Shown here: piece after piece, positions 19,258 through 28,710 of the stretch
Numbering within the stretch: the stretch's first letter is position 1
How the letters are laid out: the number at the start of each line of letters is the position of its first letter
Virus record (IMG/VR): IMGVR_UViG_3300020048_000007
Location: 32,001-96,000 of that record
Length of the DNA stretch: 64,000 bases
Strand: one strand, 5' to 3'
DNA from: a virus
Lineage: Duplodnaviria > Caudoviricetes
Made by a program: the position numbers and the translations under genes
The notes under the pieces: model-generated
Database searches by the model: none
What the model was told of the DNA's origin: nothing
Seen by the model: only the letters and a program-made list of their open reading frames with translations

Positions 19258-20020
19258 AGTATGAACTCAAGAACGGACCAAGAATCTTATCAGGATGAAC
19301 ACTAATTCTATTTAGCGATGGACGGATGGCATGTAACCCATTTAGACCCCACGCGGCATCCTTTGATTCAGCACAAGCATTTTCGATCTTACCAAAATCG
19401 TGTTCCAAACTACTCAGCCCAAGAAAATCATTAACCTTTGCCATAGTCTCTTGCGGTAAGCCAGTAATATCGTCATAAGACACTAAGAAAATATTACTCC
19501 TATGTTTCCCTAAGCCATAAACCAGACTGTTATAAGGATCAGAAATATAATTCTCCCACAGACACTTAGCCCTAGCCTCAGTTGTGATCGGTATGCGTTT
19601 TTGTGTTAGATAATCATCGATGAAATTATTGCCCTTCTGCTGGTTCATTAAAACTATATATGAGGTTATGACCTCGCTTATTGGCCTATATGTGCAGACG
19701 ATTTTAGGAGAAGGAGTGATGCATGTGGTAGCAGGCCATACATTCCTAGGCCAACCCCTATGCTTATCGACCACTACCGATTCATTAAACTGACCATAAT
19801 ACGTTTCAGCGATAGCCTTATAGATATCAACATCAATAGACTCTTTATAAGTATAGTTATTATTTAACTTACTAAAAGCCTCATTCGTAAAACACAATAA
19901 ATCGAGAACAGGACTAGTTGGAGTAACATACACATTTTCATGCTGTGCTAGGAGTGAGCCAAGCAGAGTCGAACCGCTTCTTGGCAACCCAGACAAGAAA
20001 TGAATAGTTTTTACAGACAT
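19232..20020 (-). CDS. Sulfotransferase family protein
   Basis: 5'-PSB loop FLSGLPRSGSTLL; RPISEVITSY; VSYDDI...KVNDFLGL. Confidence 0.88.
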   Translation of the reverse strand: MSVKTIHFLSGLPRSGSTLLGSLLAQHENVYVTPTSPVLDLLCFTNEAFSKLNNNYTYKESIDVDIYKAIAETYYGQFNESVVVDKHRGWPRNVWPATTCITPSPKIVCTYRPISEVITSYIVLMNQQKGNNFIDDYLTQKRIPITTEARAKCLWENYISDPYNSLVYGLGKHRSNIFLVSYDDITGLPQETMAKVNDFLGLSSLEHDFGKIENACAESKDAAWGLNGLHAIRPSLNRISVHPDKILGPFLSSYYDKFNIGQ

Positions 20021-20718
20021 CTATTATTCACCTTCATCATGTGCGGGTCGTTATACTTCTCAGTCTTTTCAGGACTAGTTGACTCACCAGCCATATCAAC
20101 CGCAAAAATCCCATGCTGAACAATCGGAAAAACATCTATCCTCAGCAACACATCAATACTAGTCACAATACCGAACTTAATAACATGAGTCAGCAATTGC
20201 CTAGCGATCATGGGGTCAACAGCGTAGGCATGCGCCCTGAGCATAAACCGATAATTCGGATTCAATTGTCCGTGAATAGGAATCAGACCCCAATACTTAT
20301 TCTCGACCTGTTCAATACTGCCAAGATACACAATGTTATTAATAGCATTGTGATGAGTATAAGGGTTAACCATCACAGCATCATGCTCAAGAATCACAAT
20401 AGGTTGATCAATCTCAACACACCTGGCCCACAATGACAAATGGCTCAAAACCACAGACACCTCAGTCACAGCAAGGGCTGGGTTAATCTGCTTAATCCAT
20501 TTTAAATATTGTCTATCTCTAGAATGCTCAGGTATTAATATCTCGCCCTTAGTGCCATCGAAGGCATCGTAAACCACGTATTTCATGCCAACTTCTTTAC
20601 AAGAATCTTGGCATTTTTGGGACATGGTTTCGGATAACTCATGCCCCTTCAATGTGATGATGTAAGCGGATTCTACTTCAGTGTTATACTTATATGACAG
20701 CGATTCTTTGAGTATCAT
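20011..20718 (-). CDS. Glycosyltransferase family 25-like
   Basis: AYIITLK...YDAFDG...SHLSLWARC...IVILEHDA...AHAYAV. Confidence 0.8.
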   Translation of the reverse strand: MILKESLSYKYNTEVESAYIITLKGHELSETMSQKCQDSCKEVGMKYVVYDAFDGTKGEILIPEHSRDRQYLKWIKQINPALAVTEVSVVLSHLSLWARCVEIDQPIVILEHDAVMVNPYTHHNAINNIVYLGSIEQVENKYWGLIPIHGQLNPNYRFMLRAHAYAVDPMIARQLLTHVIKFGIVTSIDVLLRIDVFPIVQHGIFAVDMAGESTSPEKTEKYNDPHMMKVNNRCL

Positions 20719-21389
20719 TTATTAGGCTCATATAACTCTGGGATTGTGGTCTTACCCGACAGATCTTGTGCGAAAATTCCATGCTGAACTATTGGGAAAA
20801 TATCAGCCCTAATCATACAATCGACAGGAGTCGTTATCCCGTACTTGATCAGATGGGAGAGCAGATTCCTAGCCACCATAGGATCGACAGCGTAAGCGTG
20901 AGTTTTATAGATATACCGAAAATCTGGCGATATCTGAGCATGAATTGGTATCAAACCGCAATAATTGTTTCTTACCTGCTCATTACTACCAAGATACACA
21001 ATATTATTTAGAGCATTATGATGAGTGTACTTTTGAAGCATCACAGCATCATGTTCTAATATGACTATGGGACGATCAATTTCTACACACTTACACCACA
21101 GAGAATAGTGACTCAGGAGACAGCATACCTCTGGTGGCGTGAGAGTAAAATTGACCATCTTTAGCAATTTCAGATAGTCTTTATCTTTGGAGTGATCAGG
21201 GACAATAATTCTTCCTGATGTCCCGTCGAATGCATCATATATCTGTGCGGATTGACCGACGTCAATGCATGATTCTATACACCTTTGAGCCATCGCTTCT
21301 GATTCTGCATGGCCTTTTAGTGTTATAATGTATGTTGATTCGACCTCTAGGTTATAGTGATAGCTCAGACCTTCGAATACTTCATCCAT
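20715..21389 (-). CDS. Glycosyltransferase family 25-like (tandem paralogue)
   Basis: Same motifs (TYIITLK, CCLLSHYSLW, IVILEHDA, THAYAV). Aligns end to end with 20011-20718. Confidence 0.8.
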   Translation of the reverse strand: MDEVFEGLSYHYNLEVESTYIITLKGHAESEAMAQRCIESCIDVGQSAQIYDAFDGTSGRIIVPDHSKDKDYLKLLKMVNFTLTPPEVCCLLSHYSLWCKCVEIDRPIVILEHDAVMLQKYTHHNALNNIVYLGSNEQVRNNYCGLIPIHAQISPDFRYIYKTHAYAVDPMVARNLLSHLIKYGITTPVDCMIRADIFPIVQHGIFAQDLSGKTTIPELYEPNK

Positions 21390-22848
21390 TTAGCATCTCT
21401 TTTAATTTGGCTATTGGTTCATCCCATACTCTTGGGCATTCCTGTCTCAGTAGTGTCACGTTGTCGCCGTACCATGGGCTTTGGTCTCCTGAGTGGGACC
21501 AGACGTAGTACGCTGAGATTGGGACCAGTATGATCACTTTTTTGCCCATTGACGCGGCAGCGTGGGCTATCGATGTGCAGGATGTGATGATAATGTCTAG
21601 GTTTGCTATCGCACCAAAGAGATCTTCTATCGTCTGCAGCTCTGAGCTTAGGTCAGATATTCCTGGGAAATCTTTTAATTCTTCTAGGCCGTGGTCTCTT
21701 TGGAGGCTATAGTAGTAATAGTCTTTGTTTCCTATAGCTTCGTACAGTTGCTTTATTGGATAGGAGCGGTGCAGGTCGTGGTCGTAGGCTGGGTTCCCTT
21801 GCCATCTGATCCCTATTTTTAGTCTTTTAGGTAGTTTATCTGGCAGCGGGCTAAATCCTGAATAGTAAGTTAACTGTTCCCAAGCATATCCATAAAGTTT
21901 TAGGGACCATTTATCAATGAATGCTTGATCTGCTTTTAGATATGGCCCGTACCAGAGATCTTCATATTGTAAGTCTAAGTATATCGGGAGATGCATGGAG
22001 TAAGTCCATTGCACTCCTGGTATCTTCCTCACTTCCGTTAGGTCGTTTATGACAGTGAAACCGTTGTTTTGGAATAGTTCGGTCAAACCTTTCCGCTCAT
22101 CGTTTGTGGCTTTTCCGTGCCATTTTGCGTACCAATATGGTATGATTCCCCGTTCTTTGAGATGCTTCATGAATCTGATATTGATTATTTCATCACCGAT
22201 TCCTGCTTCTGCATATACGATTAGATGTTTAACATCTGGCGTGCCCTGCCAGAATGGCAAGTCTAAGTCTTGGTTTCTGTTAAATATAGTCTCGGTGTTC
22301 CATAGTTTCATTTTGGCACCGTCTAATATGAAGTGCCTCAGTCCTTCTTGGAATTTGTCTCTATATAGGTAATAAGTACCCAGGTTAAAGTTGATTTTTA
22401 TTCTTGTCTCTTCGGATATGTCTTTGCTTTCTAGCGCTTTGTGTAGTATTTCTTCGGCTTCTGGTTTTCTATTTAATAGGTATAATGAGTATGCTTTTTC
22501 TAGCTGGACTTCTACGTCCTGTGGCATTATACGTTCGTTGCATTTAATATATGTGAGGGCTTTTTCTGGTAGGTTAGCATGGTTATAGACATTAATTAGG
22601 TTGTTTCGTGTGATATATGTGTGTTGTGGGCTTGGTGCCACTACGAGTGCTTTTTCGCCATAATTTATGGCTTCCATGTAATTCTTGAGCTTGAAGTAGC
22701 ATTTTGATATATTGTCGTATTGCGGGAAGTGCCCGGCGTGTTTGGCGAATGTTTCTAGGATTAGGAAGGAGAGATCTGTTCTTCCAAATTTATCTAGCAT
22801 GTATGTGATCGGCTCGAGGTCGTCTACGCCTCTTGGTTGTTCATCCAT
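21382..22848 (-). CDS. TPR-repeat protein with C-terminal GT9-like glycosyltransferase domain
   Basis: Helical TPR-like N-half. YAEAGIGDEIINIRF, IGIRWQGNP-x-x-x-HDLHRS, YYSLQR, LDIIITSCTSIAHAAASMGK (GT9-type D-x-V-I-x-x-D-T-x-x-A-H-x-A-x-A-x-G pattern). Confidence 0.8.
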   Translation of the reverse strand: MDEQPRGVDDLEPITYMLDKFGRTDLSFLILETFAKHAGHFPQYDNISKCYFKLKNYMEAINYGEKALVVAPSPQHTYITRNNLINVYNHANLPEKALTYIKCNERIMPQDVEVQLEKAYSLYLLNRKPEAEEILHKALESKDISEETRIKINFNLGTYYLYRDKFQEGLRHFILDGAKMKLWNTETIFNRNQDLDLPFWQGTPDVKHLIVYAEAGIGDEIINIRFMKHLKERGIIPYWYAKWHGKATNDERKGLTELFQNNGFTVINDLTEVRKIPGVQWTYSMHLPIYLDLQYEDLWYGPYLKADQAFIDKWSLKLYGYAWEQLTYYSGFSPLPDKLPKRLKIGIRWQGNPAYDHDLHRSYPIKQLYEAIGNKDYYYYSLQRDHGLEELKDFPGISDLSSELQTIEDLFGAIANLDIIITSCTSIAHAAASMGKKVIILVPISAYYVWSHSGDQSPWYGDNVTLLRQECPRVWDEPIAKLKEMLNG

Positions 22849-23389
22849 TTTTCACCACCAGTAGCTTTATGAAGACGTCTTTGTATACGTTATTAAACCG
22901 CTTGCTGAGTGTATCGAGCTCTTCGTATTTGCCTTCTGTGGCGAGGTGTTGGAAGTCATCGTCGACTGAGAATGAGTAGTCTGCTACTTCGAAGTCTACG
23001 TTTAATCTGGGGGCGAAGCCGCTGCTACTTTCGTGGTGTTCTTTATGCCAGGTGCAATATTTCTTGCTGAATTGTCTGAGCATGTTTACCGTTATTGGGC
23101 GTCTGTGGGTGGGATCGCCGTAGTAGTTTTCGTGTCTGTGGTGTGGTACCGCTATGTCTATTATGGCACTGTCTTGGCAGACTCGGTATAATTCTTTTAT
23201 GACGTGGAAAAAACCTTCTCCTATGTGTTCTAGGATGTGGTGGGCTCTTATTTCTTCTATGCTGTTGTCTTCGAATGGCCAGGTTTCTGTTTCTAGGTTG
23301 AAGCAGTAGTCTGGTTCTGTTAGTGGGTCGTGGTCTATGTTTTGATAGCCGTCTAGTCTTTTGTAGCCGCCGCCTATGTTTAGCTTCAT
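22841..23389 (-). CDS. SAM-dependent methyltransferase (type 11-like)
   Basis: KLNIGGG...NIDHDP...WPFEDNSIEEIRAHHILEHI...ELYRVC...DPTH. Confidence 0.85.
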   Translation of the reverse strand: MKLNIGGGYKRLDGYQNIDHDPLTEPDYCFNLETETWPFEDNSIEEIRAHHILEHIGEGFFHVIKELYRVCQDSAIIDIAVPHHRHENYYGDPTHRRPITVNMLRQFSKKYCTWHKEHHESSSGFAPRLNVDFEVADYSFSVDDDFQHLATEGKYEELDTLSKRFNNVYKDVFIKLLVVKNG

Positions 23390-23784
23390 CGTTTTTCCTG
23401 TATGAAGTCTTCTGGGCCGTATAGTTCTATTGTTTTATTGTGTCGCATGATTATATACGGGGTGTTGTGTTTATTTGCGAAATTAGTCAGTTCTGATATG
23501 GCTTGTGGGTTTACGTTATTTGTTATTTCTATGGCTCTTAGGAATTGTCCTTTTGTCCATTTTTCTACTGAGATCATGAGTCCTGATTGGTCTGGTCTCA
23601 TCCATTCTGGGAAGAGTTCTTGGGTCCATGCGCATTGGTAGTTTTTACAGACTTGGGGTCTTGCGTTGTATATGAGGCATCCTGAGCATTGGAATGGGCA
23701 CCTGTTGTTTAATATGGTCAGGCCATATACATTTAGCTTTAGGTGGCCGTCGCAACAGGCTGTGCATTCAGAGCATGGTCGCAT
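23386..23784 (-). CDS. YkgJ-like cysteine-cluster (Zn/Fe-S) protein
   Basis: CSECTACC...CPF...CLIYNARPQVCKNYQCAW. Confidence 0.8.
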   Translation of the reverse strand: MRPCSECTACCDGHLKLNVYGLTILNNRCPFQCSGCLIYNARPQVCKNYQCAWTQELFPEWMRPDQSGLMISVEKWTKGQFLRAIEITNNVNPQAISELTNFANKHNTPYIIMRHNKTIELYGPEDFIQEKR

Positions 23785-26106
23785 TCATATAACTACTACA
23801 ATGGCCAATGTATGATCATAGCCTAAAGACACTTGTGTCCATGTATTACTCTTAGTCACAGTCTGAACTGGAGAAGCTCTGTTGGTTGTGGTACCATCAC
23901 CTACTGCTCCGACTGTATTAAAACCCCAACACCATAATGTACCATCAGTTTTTATGGCTCCACAGCGATATCGATTAACAGCAATACTTTTCCAATTTGT
24001 GCCTAATGAAACTGTTTGTACTGGTGAGGATCTGGAAGTTGAAGTATTGTCACCCAATGCGCCAACTAAATTACCGCCCCACATCCAAAGAGTCCCATCA
24101 TTCTTCACTGCTCCTGAATGTATGAAATTGTTCGCTCTGCTACATGCGACTTGCGCCCAATTTGTACCAGCGGCTATGGTCTGAACAGGTGATGACATAG
24201 ACGAAGTAGAATTGTTGCCTAGCTGGCCATTTCCATTTGCACCCCATAGCCATAAAGTGCCGTCCGTTTTTATCCCTCCGGTATAGTTCCTGCCTGCTGA
24301 TGCAGATAACCAAGTCGTTCCTGCGGTAATAGTTTGGACCGGTGAACTCTTGCTGGCTATGGTATTATCACCGAGTTGACCGCTAGTTCCCAAACCCCAG
24401 TTCCATATAGTTCCATCAGTTTTAACAGAAACGATATGCGCCGATCCGCACGAAATGTTTCTCCAATCTATGCCGCCAGTTATGGTCTGAATCGGCGAGC
24501 TTTTATTTATTGTGGTATTATCAGCAATTTGCCCGCTATCATTTGCGCCCCATACCCATAGTGTCCCATCTGTCTTGATAGCAGCGGTAAAACCGTTAAA
24601 GCCAGTGCCACCGCATGCGACCGTTCTCCAATTTGAGCCACCAGTGATAGTCTGAACAGGAGAACTTTTATGCGCTGTCGTATTATCACCTATTTGACCT
24701 GAGTCATTGCGGCCCCAGCACCAAAGTGTACCATCAGACTTGACACCGGCTGAATGTCTATATCCAGCGGATACTGTAACCCATATGTTATCCTTGGATA
24801 CTATTTGTGTTGGTGAAGACACGGCTATTTGATTATTAGTGCCCAATTGTCCATCAGATCCTTGCCCAAACCCGTATACGGTACCATAGTCATTAGCTCT
24901 AAATGGAAACTTTTCCATGTATACGTCGCTTAGGTCAACCAGTGCGGTTGTAAAACTATTGCCTACAGCACCGCTATGGACAGAATTGGAACCCTCACCA
25001 ACATTCTTGAAAAAAACAGACCCGGTGATTTGAGTAGGGTTGGATCTAGCAGTATTAGCATTATCACCTAAATGGCCAGCACCTCCCGCACTGCCCCATG
25101 TAAAAATCCTACCATCATTTTTAAGAGCTCGAACCATACTACTTCCAGCCCACGCGTCGCGCCAATCTTTACTATTTAAACCAGTCTGTACAGGCGAAGA
25201 TTTAGACACGGCAGTATTATCACCCATCTGTCCTAAGATGCCACTACCCCATACCCATAATGAATTGTCAGTCTTAAGAGCCACAGCATTATTCTGCGTT
25301 ATTGAGACTAAGCTCCAATTTGTTCCGCCAGCAACAGTCTGAACAGGTGAAGATCTGCTAACAGTATCATTAGTGCCTAACATGCCTTGAAGGTTATTAC
25401 CCCAGACCCATAATGTACCATCGGTTTTAACGCAAGAAGTAGCACCATAACCAGCAGATACTTTGGACCAATTAGCTCCACCTGCTACTGTCTGGACAGG
25501 AGATGATCTGTTAGTCGAAGTGTTGTCACCGAGGCCACCCCTTGCCCCTGCCCAGTATCCTTGACTACCCCATAACCATAAAGTGCCATCAGTCTTTATT
25601 GCTGCGGTGTGACCATATCCACAAGAGATAGAACTCCAATTACTGCCACCAGCGATTGTCTGGATAGGCGAACTTTTAGCAGCAGTCGTGTTATCACCTA
25701 GTTGACCAGATGCATTATTGCCCCACATCCATAGCGTGCCATCAGTCTTTATGCCTCCACAAAAGTTATACCCAAGCGCTACTGATGACCAGTTGGTGCC
25801 TCCTGCTATTGTTTGGATTGGTGATGATTTTGTAACTGCTGTATTGTCGCCTAATTGACCACTGGTGCCTCTACCCCAGCACCATAATGTGCCATCTGAT
25901 TTTATTGCTGCACTAGAATTGAAAGATGTCACTACGCTTGACCAGTTTGTACCGCCAGTTATTGTCTGGACTGGTGAGGATCTGTTAACTAGTGTGTTAT
26001 CGCCTATTTGGCCGAAGTTATTATAACCCCACATCCATAGTTCGCCGGATGGCAGTTCTGCACCTATTATTGGTCCTTTGTATTGAAATCTATAGCCGCT
26101 TGCCAT
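23785..26106 (-). CDS. RCC1/BLIP-II-repeat protein, about two beta-propellers
   Basis: About 14 repeats of GxLWxWG-x-N-x-x-GQLGDNT...SSPVQT...NW. A central linker separates the two halves. Confidence 0.92.
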   Translation of the reverse strand: MASGYRFQYKGPIIGAELPSGELWMWGYNNFGQIGDNTLVNRSSPVQTITGGTNWSSVVTSFNSSAAIKSDGTLWCWGRGTSGQLGDNTAVTKSSPIQTIAGGTNWSSVALGYNFCGGIKTDGTLWMWGNNASGQLGDNTTAAKSSPIQTIAGGSNWSSISCGYGHTAAIKTDGTLWLWGSQGYWAGARGGLGDNTSTNRSSPVQTVAGGANWSKVSAGYGATSCVKTDGTLWVWGNNLQGMLGTNDTVSRSSPVQTVAGGTNWSLVSITQNNAVALKTDNSLWVWGSGILGQMGDNTAVSKSSPVQTGLNSKDWRDAWAGSSMVRALKNDGRIFTWGSAGGAGHLGDNANTARSNPTQITGSVFFKNVGEGSNSVHSGAVGNSFTTALVDLSDVYMEKFPFRANDYGTVYGFGQGSDGQLGTNNQIAVSSPTQIVSKDNIWVTVSAGYRHSAGVKSDGTLWCWGRNDSGQIGDNTTAHKSSPVQTITGGSNWRTVACGGTGFNGFTAAIKTDGTLWVWGANDSGQIADNTTINKSSPIQTITGGIDWRNISCGSAHIVSVKTDGTIWNWGLGTSGQLGDNTIASKSSPVQTITAGTTWLSASAGRNYTGGIKTDGTLWLWGANGNGQLGNNSTSSMSSPVQTIAAGTNWAQVACSRANNFIHSGAVKNDGTLWMWGGNLVGALGDNTSTSRSSPVQTVSLGTNWKSIAVNRYRCGAIKTDGTLWCWGFNTVGAVGDGTTTNRASPVQTVTKSNTWTQVSLGYDHTLAIVVVI

Positions 26107-26120
26107 TATTCATTTCTCCC

Positions 26121-27347
26121 TTAATAATTTCCATCAGCGATAGCAGCGGTGCACCCTTGTCGGGGCGAGCATGAAGCTTGTCTCCAAGTAGCCCCACCCA
26201 TAATAGTCTGAACCGGTGAGGATCTGTTAACAGTGGAATTACTACCAAGTTGACCAGCAGAGCCAGCACCCCACATCCATAACGTACCGTCAGATTTAAC
26301 ACAAGCAGTATGATTATAACCGGCTGAAACTAGCTTCCAAGTACTTCCTCGCGCTATTGTCTGAATCGGCGAGGATTTGCTGACACCAGAATTATCACCA
26401 AGTACACCAGAACTATTACTGCCCCATAACCATAAGGAACCATCAGTTTTAACACAAGCAGTATGGGCGTTACTGCAAGATGCTTGGGTCCAATTAGTCC
26501 CACCGGCAATAGTCTGTACAGGTGAGGATCTATTGATTATTGAGTTATCACCAAGCCGGCCTGAACCATTAGCGCCCCATAACCATAATGTACCATCAGT
26601 TTTCACACAAGCAGTGTGGGCGGTACCACATGACACTTGTTTCCAAGTAGTCCCCCCAGTAATGGTTTGCACTGGTGAAGATTTACCAGCTACGGTATTA
26701 TCACCAAGCTGGCCGGAACTATTTAAGCCCCAAGTCCATAATGTGCCATCAGATTTAATACAAGCAGTATGGCTATCACCACATGACACTTGTGTCCAAG
26801 TAGTCCCCCCAGTAATAGTCTGAACCGGTGAGGATCTGCTAACAGTGGAATTACTACCAAGTTGACCATTAGAATTACTACCCCACAACCATAATGTCCC
26901 GTCAGTCTTAACAGCAGCAGTATGACTTTGGCCACACGAGACTTGTTTCCAATTCGTACCACCAGCTATAGTCTGCACTGGCGAAAATCTATCAGTTTTA
27001 GTACCATCACCAAGATTACCACCATAACCATTATCACCCCACAACCATAATGTCCCGTCAGTCTTAACAGCAGCAGTATGTCTATATCCACACGAAACTT
27101 GCTTCCAATTCGTACCACCAGCTATAGTCTGAACAGGCGAAGATTTAGAATTCGAAAAAGTACCATCACCAAGTTGGCCATAGGAATTGTTACCCCATAA
27201 CCATAACGCTGGTGTTTTCACACCTGGCGCTAAATTTGGGTAAACATCGATAATATAATCCTTTAAAACCCAACCAGTCGATCCAAAATCAGTATTTAGC
27301 ATCTGATCCCTAAAGCCAGTCATTATAGTCCTATCAACTACTGGCAT
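26121..27347 (-). CDS. RCC1/BLIP-II-repeat protein, one 7-bladed propeller
   Basis: Seven repeats of KTDGTLWLWG...SSPVQTIAGGTNWKQVSCG. Confidence 0.92.
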   Translation of the reverse strand: MPVVDRTIMTGFRDQMLNTDFGSTGWVLKDYIIDVYPNLAPGVKTPALWLWGNNSYGQLGDGTFSNSKSSPVQTIAGGTNWKQVSCGYRHTAAVKTDGTLWLWGDNGYGGNLGDGTKTDRFSPVQTIAGGTNWKQVSCGQSHTAAVKTDGTLWLWGSNSNGQLGSNSTVSRSSPVQTITGGTTWTQVSCGDSHTACIKSDGTLWTWGLNSSGQLGDNTVAGKSSPVQTITGGTTWKQVSCGTAHTACVKTDGTLWLWGANGSGRLGDNSIINRSSPVQTIAGGTNWTQASCSNAHTACVKTDGSLWLWGSNSSGVLGDNSGVSKSSPIQTIARGSTWKLVSAGYNHTACVKSDGTLWMWGAGSAGQLGSNSTVNRSSPVQTIMGGATWRQASCSPRQGCTAAIADGNY

Positions 27348-27348
27348 A

Positions 27349-28038
27349 TCACACCCCCTGAGGTATTACGACAACAGCGTTAATTTCATCTAAAGAAGAG
27401 CAAGCATCAATCTCATTGACCTTAGCTAACTCCCAATCAAAAGCAGACTGAACACTCTTATCAACCTGCGAAAGAATAAACTCAATATCAGCTCTATTCA
27501 AATTCACCCAACCATCCTGCAACTTCCAATTTACGAACTGATCACCCAAAGAAGGCAGTTTAGAAGCCAGTAAAGATCTCGTAGCCTTATCAGTCCTAAT
27601 AGTGATAGTACGACCGACAGGAAGAAAATCGACACCAACAGTCAAACTATCAGGCACATAGGACGGGGGAGAGAAAGGCAGAGATAGTGTTAAATCAACA
27701 TTCTCCTTGTTATAACGCTCAACAGCCACCTCTTGCTTCAAATTACCCTTTGCGATATCAATATTAAGAGGACTGGGATAATAAGTCGCGATTACTTTAT
27801 CCTCTTGAATATCCCATAATGGACCATCAAGATATTGGGTCCTAGGATTGCAATCCTGCCTGATTTCGATGAGTGGTAATATTCTAGTACGGAGATCAAG
27901 AGAAAACGGTACTCTGTCTTGGTCAGACATCATGACCATACCCGCCACACCAAGGTCACGCAACTCAGAATTAATACGCCCAAGATACCATTTATCAAAA
28001 GTTATGGAAATCTGATTCATATAGACAAGAGCATACAT
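27349..28038 (-). CDS. Putative tail-fibre assembly protein (DUF4376-like C-terminus)
   Basis: C-terminal NWKLQDGWVNL...VQSAFDWELAKVNEIDACSSLDEINAV resembles phage fibre chaperones. Position beside the fibre genes fits. Confidence 0.6.
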   Translation of the reverse strand: MYALVYMNQISITFDKWYLGRINSELRDLGVAGMVMMSDQDRVPFSLDLRTRILPLIEIRQDCNPRTQYLDGPLWDIQEDKVIATYYPSPLNIDIAKGNLKQEVAVERYNKENVDLTLSLPFSPPSYVPDSLTVGVDFLPVGRTITIRTDKATRSLLASKLPSLGDQFVNWKLQDGWVNLNRADIEFILSQVDKSVQSAFDWELAKVNEIDACSSLDEINAVVVIPQGV

Positions 28039-28040
28039 TT

Positions 28041-28673
28041 TTAAACTCCTATCTCTTCAAGATCCAAGGCAACCAGAACAGTATCAAGATCACAGACACT
28101 ACCAGTAGCAAAACCGACCATATTAGAATAAACGGCAGTCGAAGTCTCAGCATCACATCTTACATAGAACAGCGTTTGTACACCACTACTCTGAGTACCA
28201 CCAAATAGCTCAAGAGCCAAAAGCTGTGCCTTGGCATCTTCTGTAATAGAGACTACTGCGCCATAGTGTGTTGCTGGTTCCACGCCGGACCCTGATAATG
28301 GTATGTCAAAGCTATTGCCGGGTGCTATTACAGCAGCCATTGCGTTGTATTGGTCTTTAGCTGGCTCTAAGCAGACCATATAGTATAGGTATGGTGTTGA
28401 GCTTTGGCCATCTCCGACTGTGATGTTGCCAGCGGTTGCTTCTATGGCCGCAGCAGCGTCTTGTTTTGCTTTTTCTATTTCGTACAGTTTTACGTGTTGC
28501 GTTATAAACCCACGGATCACACTATTTGCAAAAACAGCTTTGCTTTGCGGATTCGGGATGGTTCCTGTACCGTTTGGGTTGGGTACTGTGTTTTGGTAGC
28601 TGAAGTTAGCAGCGATTGCATCAAATACTCTATCTGAGTCGATGTCTGCTATATAAATTGAAAGCGTTGCCAT
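28041..28673 (-). CDS. Hypothetical protein in fibre operon
   Basis: 210-aa ORF tightly coupled to neighbours. Confidence 0.7.
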   Translation of the reverse strand: MATLSIYIADIDSDRVFDAIAANFSYQNTVPNPNGTGTIPNPQSKAVFANSVIRGFITQHVKLYEIEKAKQDAAAAIEATAGNITVGDGQSSTPYLYYMVCLEPAKDQYNAMAAVIAPGNSFDIPLSGSGVEPATHYGAVVSITEDAKAQLLALELFGGTQSSGVQTLFYVRCDAETSTAVYSNMVGFATGSVCDLDTVLVALDLEEIGV

Positions 28674-28710
28674 GAGCAGCTATTCTCCATTTCCTATTAT
28701 AGATTTGAGA

